From Marsupella aquatica (lineage: Eukaryota; Plantae; Marchantiophyta), in the NCBI GenBank assembly GCA_973895155.1, contig OZ316893.1:24727520-24791519 (forward strand): 64,000 nt of DNA, read 5' to 3'. Below the pieces are notes generated by a model. The model was not told the origin of the DNA and did not search any database. It saw nothing but the letters and a program-made list of their open reading frames with translations. This document shows, in pieces, positions 9,803 through 22,790 of the stretch. Position 1 is the first letter of the stretch. The number at the start of each line of letters is the position of its first letter. Both the position numbers and the translations under genes were made by a program.

Positions 9803-10660
9803 TCAAGAATAATCGAACAACGATTGATGCCAATCAAACACACAATCTTGTCTGACGCGATCACACACTTATGTCAAGCCAAACGCACCTTGCACCTCAA
9901 GGAGGTGATCAAGGCCAAGGAGGGGACCATTCATGAGAAGGTTAAGCTTCTCCAAGCAGCTCACGTAGAGATCTCCAACTTGAAGGGAGCCTTGTCCACC
10001 AAGGCCAAGGAAGCAGAAGAGGTGGGAGCGTTGAGACAAGCATTGGCCAAAGAGAAGCAGAATTCTGGAGAAGTGGTGGAGTGGAGAAACCAGGTGGGAG
10101 CACTACGGAGTCAGGTGGCCGCCTTTGAGACACGAGCGATGAGGAGTGAGGCCTTGAGTCTGGGGAAACGGAAGAGCCCCGACACACCTAGCTCCACACT
10201 TTCCCCGGATTTGATCTCCCAGGCTATTGAGATGGTGGTGAAGGAGGTTAGTGGGAAGTATGGGCCCTTGTTGGATGGAGTCAAGAAGAGTCAGGAGAAG
10301 AGCAAGGGCTTGGAGAAGAAGCTCTGGGAGGTACGGAAATCATTACGGGAGGCTCAGGTCAGTACGGGGATGCCACCCAGGTCTGTCACCCCCGGGACTC
10401 CCATGGCCACAGAGCAAGTTCTACCGTTGGAGTTGCGGTCCGGAGAAGAGGCTACCCTATGGAAAGACACCATTGGTGAGGGGTACATCAAGGCGTGGCA
10501 GGCCTTGGCCACTTTGAGGAAGCAAGGGAGCGGCAGCACGAAGAGTACCCCGGTAAAGAAGAAGAAAAGTGAGGTGGCACTCACTCCCGTGAGTGATGAA
10601 GAGGAGGCCCACTCACGGGGCACAAGCCGGGGCACCGAGAGTGAAGAAGAGGAGGAATAG
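9701..10660 (+). CDS. uninterrupted coiled-coil/charged ORF inside the solo-LTR-like element
   Basis: 319-codon open frame with E/K/A/L-rich heptads (VKLLQAAHVEISNLKGALSTKAKEAEEVGALRQALAKEK), a KKKK NLS-like motif and an acidic tail. Confidence 0.5.
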   Translation: MVVWVGTHSPRPVASCSLVAWVVTHSPRPVADSSSRIIEQRLMPIKHTILSDAITHLCQAKRTLHLKEVIKAKEGTIHEKVKLLQAAHVEISNLKGALSTKAKEAEEVGALRQALAKEKQNSGEVVEWRNQVGALRSQVAAFETRAMRSEALSLGKRKSPDTPSSTLSPDLISQAIEMVVKEVSGKYGPLLDGVKKSQEKSKGLEKKLWEVRKSLREAQVSTGMPPRSVTPGTPMATEQVLPLELRSGEEATLWKDTIGEGYIKAWQALATLRKQGSGSTKSTPVKKKKSEVALTPVSDEEEAHSRGTSRGTESEEEEE

Positions 10661-10673
10661 ATAGTCGTACGGA

Positions 10674-11001
10674 CTCGGGGGGGTCACTTCCACGGAAGTG
10701 ACACATCACGTGCGACGAAGTATAGGCCCATTTAAATGGGTGTGACGGAAGACTTCAAAAGTTTGGTGGAAGAACACATAGGGCATGTTTTATTGATTGG
10801 TCGACTTTAAAGAACACATAGGCCTATTTAATTGCAAAAAATACTTTCTATAAAGTTTTTAGGGGTTTTTTAATAAAAAATGACAAAATTTTAAGAAAGA
10901 AAGGGCTTTGCGAAAAAATATTTTTCACTTTAAAGTTAGGGGGGTCAAACCCTAAAACGTCGCACGCGATGTATGACCCTCCATATAGTGACCCCCCCGA
11001 G
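10674..11001. mobile_element. MITE, copy 1 (8-bp TSD CGTACGGA)
   Basis: TIRs CTCGGGGGGGTCACT / AGTGACCCCCCCGAG. TSD at 10666-10673 and 11002-11009. Second copy at 19892-20217. Confidence 0.92.
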
Positions 11002-14000
11002 CGTACGGATGTGGTTGTACGGCCTCTGGATTTCCAACTTTTTGTGAGGGGTCACTCACGGGCTTGTTGGAAAGAGCTCGCGGAGCTGATTCCAACAAGA
11101 GGCGGCGCTCCTCAAACGGAGCCAGGATGAGCAAGTTATGGCCCGGCAAAATTGTGTTTTCGCGATACGGAAACGACCATAACTCAGGCGTTCGATGTCC
11201 GTTGCGAGTGCGGCTGAGTGATTCGAGATCAGGAGGAGAAGGGCTATCCAAGAGTGAGCTCAAAAGTACAATTGATAGGGCACCTAGTTTCGGCCATTGT
11301 GGGGTGCCTTGCAATTTCAGGGTTCACTGTGTATAGTTGGGGCGCCATCGAAGGCACCGTCGGCCCCTTGTTTAGGGTTTAGGGTTTTAGCAGCATGTGT
11401 GTGCCGCATGCCTTTTTAGTTTAGGGATTTCTTAGTGCAGGGTTTTAGCGGCGCCGCTAGGGTAGCCGCCATCGTTGTGACCCCATGAGGGGTGCTTTGG
11501 TGTGGTTTTTTCGGTATGTAGGGGGAGAGCCCCGGAGTAGTAAGGGGGGGGAACTCAGCGTAGTACTTGGATGCTTTGGAGTAGCTTTTGTGAGTAGCGC
11601 ACCGATTAGGAGAAGTTCAAGCCAGAGTAGTGAGGTGGAGAACGTAGCACTTGTCCCCGGGAGGCAGGAGTTGGGCAGACGGCAGGAGGCCGGGTTGTCC
11701 TTGCATGTGTTACGAGAAACACCAAGAGATATGGATTTGGCTTGAGGTTCCAATATTTTGTGTGTCACTTGTTGTTGCTTGTGTTGTTTGTTTTCCTCCC
11801 CTAGTGCGTGTGGTCGGTGTCGTTGTGGAAACATTTGCCCTTGTCACTAGTGTTCAAATCTTATTGTAAATGTTGGTATGCTTGCCCAAGAGAGGAGGGG
11901 GGTGGTGACAGCACTCACCCGGTGGGCATGAGTTGTAGATGGTAGGACCAGTCCCTTGGACTTGATCAAAAACGGAGAGACCAGTCGGTAGACTTGATCA
12001 AAAAGTACACTTCCGGGAGTGGAATCAAACATACTCATCCTTAGGTGTGGAAATCCTCCAAATAGCGTCCCTCCATGACCCCGTAATACGATACCAACGG
12101 TTTAAGCAAGGAAAAGTACGGTTTGCACGTATTAATCGTTGGATAGGCAAGTGACAGGTCCCTTGTGTAATCATTAAGCAAAAGCACAAATGACCAGTTT
12201 GGGGCTGGAGGTGGGCCCTAGAGTCCTATGTGGCACCACATAGAGCTGGCAACCTGCCCACCAAGTACAGGACACTCTACATACTATTCTCTGTGCACCA
12301 CTTGCAACATAAACACTATGGAATATGGGGGTTCTCTTTTTTGAGGTACTTGTCCTTCATTGGGCTATTGGTGAACAATGCTAGGTCATTTGTGCCAATT
12401 ACCTCATGTAATGTCATTATGGCTATGATATGGGAGGTCATACATATCAAATCACCAAAAATGGGGTCATTACAGGTGTCCCTCATGCTGTCATTGAGGA
12501 AAAAGGTTAAAATGACCAAATTGGGGCTAGGGCTATAGGTAGGCCCTAGGGTGCCATGGGGCTCTACATACACCTGATAAATGGTTTGTCTATTGCAATG
12601 ACAAAAAATGGGTTCATTGACGTTGTCACATTGCAAGTCATGGACATCATATGACTGCATATGTGACCATTTTGAGAGGTCCTATTAAGTTTTTGTTACC
12701 CAACAACTAGTCGTATCTTTACTCGCCCGCCGTACATTTGGGTCATTTAGGTGGGGCCCTCTTTAATTGGGATATACCATAACCTTCATTGGGTTATTTG
12801 CAAACCAATAATAATTCATTAGTTGCCACACAAATGTGATTTCCACAATTAGTCTAACCATAGTTAAGAGTTAATTCATAACAATATCCATGGCTTATGG
12901 TGGTAATATATAATACCAAATTGGTTGCACGTAGGGAGTTGCAAGTTGGGCGAGAAGTTGGGAGGACATAGTTACATTTAGGTACCAAAGGTAATGATGG
13001 GTGCATTGGGTGGAGTCTAACTGTGGTCATACTCAGGTGTCCAAGGAAGGCATATGAGGCCCTGGCAAGGCCACAAAGGGCTCAACTTTTGTGACCAAAG
13101 CTTTCTGGTCACAACCGTATTTAGTTATGGTCTTAAAGTGGATTTAGTGTGAACCATATGTTGAGGTTGAGGTTATGAGGCAGCATGGTGAACTTGAAGT
13201 TGGAGTTTAACCCTAAAGACTTAATCAGAGCATCTTCCAAGGTTACTATGTCCCCAAAGTTACTATGCGCAACGGGACCTTTGGGGAAGAGCACAAGTCG
13301 TGAAATGTAGGGTTTTTGTGGTTGATCTGCGCGTTTTCTTCAGAGGTGTAGTGGCGGTGGGCAATGTGCATGGAGTGCGGGGCGCATTGAGGTCAGTCAC
13401 GCAAAGTTTAGGCAGCTGCCGTGGAGCGCACACTCCATTCCTTCCCACATTGTATTGGGGTGCTGTGCGCGGTCGGGGGAGTAGGAAACCTTAGGGTTAG
13501 CCAGTAGGATGCGGGAGCTACAACCTCGGAGGAGCTCCGATCCATTGCAATGTCGCGCAGCATTGCGAAGCATTGGGCGTTGCACCTATAAGTCTCAAAA
13601 AGTTGCGAAGGCCGACGATGATGATAAGCACATTGTTGTGAGGACACATTACATTACGAAGGAGCTGCGGGAGGTTACCTCAACAAAGGGCGACGAGCTA
13701 TGACCGGTGATAACCTGCGGGTGATAAGCTGCGAGGAGTGGGAGGATACATTGGGAAGGAGGTGCGAGCTGTGACCGGGGATAAACTCCCGATAGTATTG
13801 GAGCTGCGGGAGGTCACAACAGGCAAGAGGTCACATTGGTGGAGCTACAGGAGGTCACATTGGTAGGAGCTGCGGGAGCTATGGGAGGTTACATCGGGAG
13901 CTGCGGGAAGAGCTACGGGAGCTGCAAGAGGTTACATCAGGGAGGAGTTGCAGGAGCTGTGGTCGGTGAGGAGCTTTTGGTCGAAAAAGAGCTGGAGTTA

Positions 14001-15666
14001 GGTTTGTGTGCTTCTCTGTCTCTCTCTCTGACTGCTCGAGTTTTGCAAATAAGGGTTTGGTTGCCAAAGTAAATTAGGAAATGCCATTTTTCCTGTCTGT
14101 CTGTTGATTTCCGACAGTCCTTATCAATTGTTCGATTGTTCACGTTGGTCCCTGTCTTGTTTGTTGGGTTCTAGCATTGCCTAAACAGATCCCCCTAGTT
14201 CCTGTACAGTTTGAGGTTGTTCATCCCATAGCCACTGTCAAGTCTGCGCCTAGACTTGCTCAATATTTCAAGTCCATGACTGTTTTTGTTATGCAGCGGA
14301 ATGTAGCCTCTCAAAATAAATCATTCACACAACTCTGACCAAATTAGCAGTTCAAACTGCCACTCGTCTCCCTGGTTCAACCCAATGCACATCAATTGAT
14401 CAAATCCTCTGCCAGTATGTAGAGCACAATCATACATTTGATGAGGCCCCATATTTTGAGAATTGTTGAAGGCAGCCCTTGGTTCGGGGTTTAGTAGGGA
14501 ATGAAGATATAAGAGTCGGTTATTGAAGTTTGGTGATCGAGCCCAATGTCTCAAGAAGAGCTTAAACTGTCGCTGGTATTTTATAGTATTCCAAACGGTT
14601 GGTTCGCTTTGTCATTGACCTCACGGTATACCTGTTTTGAAGTTCGGGCCAAGCGCGAGTAGAATTTTCCCACCACTTAGACTCTATCTACATATATGCG
14701 GAGGTTCTCAACCTCGTACACATAGGCACCTGCAGAGCACTAAGCTAACAAACAATACTGGATGATTGTGTAACTCAGGTCTCACTGATTCTCTCTGGCT
14801 AAGTATCATTCTCCGTTTCCATGTCTCCAGTCCACATCCCATTTGGTGAACCATGTAACAGATGGCAATGCTTTCGACCTATGCCTTAGACCCCAGTGTT
14901 AATATACAAGAGGTCTAAGTTGAGTGACGCATTGAAGTAGAATCACCGACTGTTAATCCTCGCTGAGAGGGACCTGCCCTTGACAGTACCATAGCCCAGA
15001 CCTAGTGAAGACCCACTGAATGACAAAAATCTGCGTATGTTGGATCTCTGTTGCGTTCTACTTTCTTTCACAGATTTTCTTGTTTTCTGTCCTCTGTGTT
15101 CAGCTTGCGGGCGGGTTTTGTCATGATTTGATTGGGTCATTGTTTTGAAGTCGTAGCCGTCCAGGTCAAAAGCTGGTCTATAAAAAATGAATTCATGGAG
15201 CTTAGGTTGCTGCTGTATATAAAGCCCAGCAGGATCCAGAACTGGAAAACTGTCCCAGCTTACTACTTGAATCTGAAATTCAAGTTAAAAAGACATGAAC
15301 TATTTGCTCTTAATTGCTATGTACCATCTGACATTATATATGATGAATGTACTTAAACAATTCACTCTCATTGTGTCAGACAGTTCTCTCCATCGCGTCC
15401 TATTAATAGCACATTGTTGCATAATTAGAAAGTTCATTGCACTTCTGACTTTCTTATGTGCAGCGAATGGAGCTTAAAACATGAGAATCAAGCGTTGGCA
15501 ACTGACAGCCGTTGCTAAAAGTTTGTTGTTGAGTGAATAGACTGCCTTGATCAGATAACAGTCTAGGATGGTTTAAACGACCTCACAAGGAGAAAGCTTG
15601 TTGAGAGTACAGTAACTAAGTACGGTTCTATAACAGATGTGTCCAGCACCTTAAGACGTAGAAGGC

Positions 15667-18402
15667 TTGGGACCTTTGGGGAAGTGTGTGTCACCTTTAA
15701 TTATGATTAGTCCACAGCAGACCGGTTTCATTCCCGGTCGACATATTTTGGAGAATATCTCGCTTACTTGGTTGGCAAGCGACTGGATTGAATATACGCA
15801 GACCCCATCTCTCTTTTGGAAACTTGACTTTGAGAAAGCTTTTGATAGGGTTGACCATCTTTACATCTGGGAGACTATGAACCTTCTAGGTCTTAGTTCA
15901 CATTTCATCCTCTTGGTACGGTCCCTATTAAGCAACTCTTGCTCTAAAGTTCTTGTCAACGGTCTTTGGTCTGCTGATATTCACATGTGCAGAGGAGTCC
16001 GGCAGGGGTGCCCCCTCTCCCCTCTTCTATTTGCTATCTCTACTCAGCCCCTAATGGATTTCTGCCAGGCAGAGATTGTTGCTGGTCGTTTGCAGGTACT
16101 CAAAATCTCCCCTTCATTCACCCTCTGTTTTAGGTTGTTTGCTGACGATCTGGGCCTCTTTATCCTTGCTGATGTGATAGCTTTTGAGCAAGCCACAAGC
16201 ACTATTACCTGCTATATCAACCATCATTCCCTTGGCACTTGAAGAGATCCCTGGCTGGCTACAGGACACTGGCTGTACAATCAGCCCTGCTGGCACTGTG
16301 CAGAGATATTTGGGTGGACCTTTTGGATCCAATCTTACTGAGAAGCAACTACATTTCTTTTGCTTAGACCAGATTAGTGCACGTCTTGCATCCTGGTCCA
16401 CTCGCTTTCTTTCCTTCACAGGTCGTCTACTGTTAATCAAGCATGTGCTTCAGGCCATCCCGGTCTATCACATGATGTTCCTACTCTCTCCCGTTGCTTT
16501 GACTAAAAAGCTGATTGCTTTAAACCGAATTTTTCTGTGGGGTTCAAACCCGCTGGGTGGAAGACGCATCCCACTTGTGGCTTGGGATAAGATGACTCGA
16601 CCCAAATCTGACGGAGGACTTGGCCCGAAGGACTTCAAGAGTCACTCTGATGCCCTTCTGTGTAAGTGGTTTACTGGCGCTCTGGACCATCCTGAATCTG
16701 AATGGGCTTGCATGTTTGCGGAAAACCTTCGACTTACCAAATGGCGGAACTACAAGGCTATACGTCGAAGCTCTTACTCTATGGCTGATAAGTTGCTACT
16801 CTGTACCCCTCGTAGCTTTGGGAGACTTACGTATACGAATCAGTTGTGGAGTGCCTGGGAGAGAATGAGATCAAATTTGATTTTTTGTCCTACTGAGGCT
16901 GATCATATCCCTGGCCACTGGGGATTTGAAGATACTATCCGTTGTCTACAAGGGTTCTACAATTTACCTGAGATCAATATTGTGCTGCTAACAAGAATGT
17001 TTGGTTCTCTGGGTATTAGGAGAATTTGGGACTTCTGGTCTACAATTGATGGCGCTTGCCTGGAAAAATGTTGAATTATGTATACATCGTCTGAGAGGCC
17101 TTACACTTCCCACCAGGACTTTATGCCTCTCTCTTGTCGGTGTGATCCATGGCTCTCCCTGTGAGGGAGATGCTATTGCTTCTCGTACCTGCATGTGGCG
17201 CTGGTTGGATCGGGAGGAGAGAATGAATCGTTTTGACTTAACAAATGCACGTGCTTATGAGTTGCTTCGCCCAAAAGGCACTGACTCCGCCCGGCTGAAC
17301 CGGATCTGGGGGGAAAATCTACCGGATGAGGATTGGAATAGAGTGTGGAACACTGTGTGGACTTCTGACCTCTCTACCCGTGCTAAGGTCTTTCTGTGGC
17401 GGATTATTGTGCAAGGCTTGTTCTCTGGCTGTTCTCTCTACGGATTGGCAAGTCGGATGGCTGTTGTGGCTTATGTGCTGGGACAATTGAAACTATTCCT
17501 CACATTTTCTTTTCATGTCGTCATGCTTGTTGCTGTTGGCTGGAGGTCCACGGATGGATGGAGGATGCACTCTACGATGGATCACCAAGTTTATTCACTC
17601 TAATTTTTTCCGCTGCAGGGAAACTGCCTATTCACTCTCTTTGGATTTACACGGTTTACCAGATTCTATGGTGCATTTGGCTAACCCGTAATGCTCAAAC
17701 TTTTGACAGAACTCGTCACAGAATCTTTGATCAATTGCTGGTGATTTCTGAGATTCTGGACCACTTGAATGCGGTTATCACATCCACTTTGGTGCTGTCT
17801 ACCTCTCTTTTAAGTCACAAACACCGACGCCTCTCAGATGCTAAGGGACTGATAGAGACAGAACGCATCTGCATTCTAAGGAGTGGGGTTAGGAGGATTG
17901 AATCCATCCTAGATGGCGGTGCTGCAGGAGGGCACCCGACGCTTTGATCCTTTTTTTAGGCCAATGAAGCTCTTAGCTAATAGTTTACTTAGCTGCCTTT
18001 GTATCCTTGATCATAGGCCTACTTTATATCTTTAGGATTAGGAATTTTTGCTCTTATGCCTGCCCTAGATCTTATTACGGTATTCCGAGCTGCTTGACTA
18101 CCCCCCCTTTTTTTACCCTTGCAGGCTTGGTTGACTGATAAGCCTTAGGACCATACTTCTGACAAGACATCCGTCTCCTGGCACTGGCACTATTTTGATT
18201 CTGCTTTGCCCTTGAGTTGATTAGATACAACTGTCTGAGTGCCAGTGAACACTTGATTCGTACTAGTTTTCAACATCTGTGGGATCTGATGTCCTTGACT
18301 TTATTGGACTCTTATTTGCCCTTTGTGGCTTCTGCTGCCTTTTGGCCTGCTGGTTCCCCCCATCCGTGGGGTTCACGCGGAATAAAAGTAAAAACAAAAA
18401 AA
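15667..18402 (+). mobile_element. 5'-truncated L1/Tx1-type LINE (RT + zf-RVT), frameshifted
   Basis: QTGFIPGR, KLDFEKAFDRV, GVRQGCPLSPLLF, FADD and YLGGP motifs, plus CCHC CGLC..ETIPHIFFSC. Ends in AATAAA and an A-rich tail at 18381-18402. Confidence 0.9.
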
Positions 18403-19809
18403 CTATACTCCTCAACAGAATGGTGTTTTTAAGAGGCTCAATTGAACACTATTGGAACGCTCGAGGAGTATGTTGAGCCAATCATGCTTACCACATGAAT
18501 TTTGGGCAGAAGCTATCAATACTGCAGCTTATTTGGTAAATTTCTCTCCATCTAGTGCCATGGGAATCAAGACGTCATTTGAAATAAGGTACGGGGGTCA
18601 AGTGGATTATTCACATCTAAGGGTTTTTGGATGTGATGCTTATGTGCTTACACCTTCTCAGCTTCGGTCTAAGTTGAAGTCCAAGTCGAGGCAGTGCATT
18701 TTCCTTGGATATTAGAAATGTGTAAAAGGTTATAGGTTATGGGATCCAGTAACCTCTAAGTTAATTGTCAGTAGAGATATTTCCTTTAATGAATCCAGAT
18801 CATCAAAGGAGGGGGAGAGTTCTTAGGGCTCCCATATTGACAAGGAAAAATCCCCTATCCCGGACCCGGTTGGGGGGGAGATAAGTCATGATGATGTTCA
18901 TGATAGGAGAGAAAAAGATGCTTTGGGTATGAAGCTAGTTCTTGTGATGGAACAAGAGGAGCAGATTGATGTTGGTGTACCTCAAATTCAGCCAACAGCA
19001 GCAGAAGATCAGCCTGAATCATCTACTAGAAGAACTTCCAATCGTTCTACTAGAACTCATACCAGGTATGGACAATAGGCAGATTCATCTAAACTAGATG
19101 ATGTTAACATTGCGCTTGACGATGATCATATAACTTTGATCTTGGAAGAAGGAGAGCCTTCTTCGTATCATGAGGCAAGTGCTTCAAAGCAAAAGCAACA
19201 ATGGACTGCAACAATGCAAACGGAGATGCAGTCACTGAAGGACAACAAGACTTGGGAGTTGGTCAAGCTTCCTAAAGGCCAACAAGTGGATTTACAAGCT
19301 GAAGGATCAATCCATAGGAGGTGGATCAAAGGTCTACAAGGCTAGGTTGGTAGCCAAGGGATTCACACAAGAAAAAAGTGTGGATTACAATAAGGTCTTC
19401 TCACCAATTGCTAAGTACTCTACAATACGGCTATTGTGTGTACTTGTTGTTTTATTTGGTTTGCTGCTAGAGCAGATGGATGTTGTCATAACTTTCCTCT
19501 ATGACACCTTGGAAGAGATGATCTTCATGATACAGCCACTAGGTTTTGTGAAGAAAGGACAAAAGGATTTGGGCAGATTATTGAGATCCTTGTACAGGTG
19601 GATCAAGGCAGTGGAATAAGCGGTTTGACGATTGGATCCGTGCACAGGGTTTTCACAGGATTGTGTTTGATCCTTGTGTGTATCTTAAACCGGTGAAGAA
19701 TGTTGTGCTTGGTTTTATTATTTTAGTAAGTCTTTATGTGGATGACATGCTTATTGCGGCCAATGATAGATTTGAGATTGTTAAGCTCAAGACACTGCTT
19801 AGTGCAGAG

Positions 19810-20489
19810 TGTTAGGTATTGCTCTTAGTCTTGTGACTCATGAGCTAACCATAGTTAGACTAACTCGGGTTAGGACTTATCTAAGGTTAGCCTTAGGGGG
19901 TCACTATATAAAGGGCCATACATCGCGTGCGACGTTTTAGGGTTTGACCCCCTAACTTATAAGTGAAAAATATTTTTTTGCAAAGCCCTTTCTTTCTTTA
20001 AATTTTGTCATTTTTTACTAAAAAACCCCTAAAAACTTTAAAGAAAGTATTTTTTGCAATTAAATAGGCCTATGTGTTCTTTAAAGTTGACCAGTCAATA
20101 AAACATGCCCTATGTGTTCTTCCACCAAACTTTGGAAGTCTTCCGCCACACCCATTTAAATGGGCCTATACTTCGTTGCATGTGATGTGCCACTTCCGTG
20201 GAAGTGACCCCCCCGAGAGGTTAGCAATAGTTCTGTTGTGTATATAGCCAGGGCTGGTGCCAGACCCTGGAGGGACTAAAGGTTCATTGTTACAGAGCTA
20301 GTCGAGAGATAGGAAGAGCTTGCATTGTGGATGCTTGGTATGGCCGGTCGGCCTAGAGTGCAGTAAAGCTCTTGTGTGTTCCCGTGGACGTAGCCTCATG
20401 TGGAGGTGAACCACGTATCTCTCTGTGTCGACTCTTGTGAGTTGGATGGTTCATGGGCTTGCCGTTGCGATTGTCGTCTATGCTCAACA
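19810..20489 (+). mobile_element. solo LTR of a related copia inserted in the RT (5-bp TSD CAGAG)
   Basis: CAGAG|TGTTAGG...CTCAACA|CAGAG. Clearly similar to the LTR at 21592 (CTTAGTCTTGTGACTC..CTAACCATAGTTA). Confidence 0.88.
19892..20217. mobile_element. MITE, copy 2 (inverted relative to copy 1; 8-bp TSD AGGTTAGC)
   Basis: Near-identical reverse complement of 10674-11001. TSD at 19884-19891 and 20218-20225. Confidence 0.92.
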
Positions 20490-22790
20490 CAGAGTTTAAG
20501 ATGAAGGACTTAGGGTCAGCTAAGAGGATTTTGGGTATGGAGATCACTAGGGATTTGGAGGCTGGTAAGCTATGGTTGACGGAGAAGAAGGTAATTGCAA
20601 GGTTCAACATGGGGGATAGCAAGCCAGTAAGTACCCTGTTGGCTCCACACTTCAAGTTGTCATCAGCTTTCTGTCCTATAGATGAGACAGAGAAGAGGCT
20701 AATTTCAAAGGTTCCTTATGACAAGGCAGTGGGGAGTCTCATGTATTTGATGACTTGCACTAGACCTGATCTTGCCATGACTATGGGCAAGGTGAGCAGG
20801 TACATGTCAAATCTAGGGACGGTACCCTAGGAAGTAGTTAAGTGGATTTTTTGGTACTTGAAGGGTACCGTGGATCATGGTCCTTTGTTTGATGCACATG
20901 TTGATAATGCGAGATCATTGATGGGATATGTAGATGTTGACTATGCACAGAATCTGGATCGGAGGAGGTCTACAACTGGGTATGTGTTCACACTTGGCTG
21001 TGGATGCATAAGTTGGAGATCTACTTTGCATAAGTGTATTGCTCAGTCTACTACAGAAGCTGAGTATGTTGCAGCAGAGGAAGCAACGAAGGAAGCTATT
21101 TGGTTGGATAGACTGATCACTGAGATGGGAATGCCACAAGGGAATGTAAAGCTCCATTATGATAGTCAGAGTGCCCTTCACCTTGTTGTGAACCAAATGA
21201 TGGACAGCAGAGTGAAGCACATGGATACTAGGTACCATTTATCAGGCAGGGTGTGTTTGATAATCAGTTTGAGCTAGTCAAGATTGACGGTAAACTCAAC
21301 TAGGCTAACGCATTTACCAAGGTGATTTCTTGGAGAGTTTTTCAAGACACCATGCTACTTTGTAGGTTTTGCAGTTGAAGTGCAAGTAGAATTACTTAGC
21401 AGTTTTTGTGACTTATTGTATATAGATTCTTCGATCCTGGTAGACTACGGCTTAATTACAGTTTACCCTTAATTAACCCATGGTGATTTTTAGGGGGAAA
21501 CCTATTTAGGTGATTGTCTAGAATTTCCCGTTGAGGATATCATATGGTAACAATTAATCCAGTTCCCAAGACTAGAGTCAAGAAGGAGTTTTGTTGAGTA
21601 TTGTTCTTAGTCTTGTGACTCTAAAACTAACCATAGTTAAGCTAACTCAAGTGATGATTTAGCTTAGGTTAGCAATGATGCACGATGTATATAACCAAGG
21701 CTGATGCCAACCCCTGGTGGATCTTCAGTTCATTGTTAGAGTGGACAAGAGAGAAGTAAAAGTCTCTTGCTTTCCCATGAACGTAGTCTCAATCGTGAGA
21801 TGAATCATATACTCGACTACTTTGTATGATATTCACATGTGTATGGTGTCTCAAAATGGATAAGAATTATCCCTAACAATTTTAAGATTTGTGGCCAATC
21901 CACGCAAGTTTGTCTTGTCCAGCAGGGCTTTATGCTAAACATCCCGGTCCATCCGAGCTCTACGTTCATAAAAAAGAACTCAATAATTGAAGATACAAAT
22001 CTAATTCAAAAGATAAAAATATTATTTTAATGTTTGTTTTTAAATTAAAAAATATTTTTCTCTTAAAATTGTTTAGAAAATAGAATGATACATGACCCAT
22101 AAGGAAGCCAAGAGCTCCTTCTTTGAATAAAATAATTTCAAGTCTAATATTTGAGTACCAAGCCGGGGCACGACTTTAGTATGTGGGCAAAGACAATAGA
22201 CTCCAGTCTTTAAACAATGTTATTAAATAAAGCGTTGAATACGAAAAAAAAGTCATTGTGAAGTGAAATCAGGGTAGAGCAATGTTGCAAGTGTATTTTG
22301 AAATAACATGGGCAGAAATTGAGCTCTCTATTTACATAGCACCAAATTCACAAGGTGAGTAAGTTAATTCTCCGTTTCGTTCTATCTGTGTAGAGCAGAG
22401 ACCACTGCAATTGGAACACAATTTGGAACACATCGAAGGTTGGACGAGACGGATCAGAGTCTGTTTTTAAGACCATTCGATGTTGTGGATGAAGTGCCCT
22501 TATTCAGCGGACACTACCGAAAGCCCAATTTCCAGACAGTCCCTGCTGTATTTTCCTACTTCACGCCCTCGGGGAGCTGAAGGTGGAATGCACGGCGATA
22601 TTTTGGTGGAGGATATGTTCAGATCTGCGGTGGTCTGTCTGCTGCTGCATTCACGATTTCATCGGAAAGGGTTTGGCTTTTCTATGACTGAAGTAGTGTT
22701 CCTTTCAGCTGTTTCACTGTACAAAACTGTTGCTATCTGCCTCTGCATGTGAGTAGATTTGGCTGTGCAGGATGGCGAGTATTTATCTAT

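Larger units (their letters stand above)
9114..12156. mobile_element. ~3.0-kb solo-LTR-like element (TG..CA) with 5-bp TSD GGTCC
   Basis: GGTCC|TGTGACGG at 9109-9121 and ...AAGTGACA|GGTCC at 12156-12161. No gag/pol motifs recognised inside. Confidence 0.7.
18403..21878 (+). mobile_element. degenerate Ty1/copia remnant (integrase C-half, RT, RNaseH, PPT, 3' LTR 21592-21878)
   Basis: YTPQQNGV, FWAEAINTAAYLVN, LVAKGFTQ, YVDDML, MKDLGSAKRILGMEI, TRPDL and STTEAEYVAA motifs. PPT AGTCAAGAAGGAG then TGTTGAG...CCTAACA. Many stops. Confidence 0.92.
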
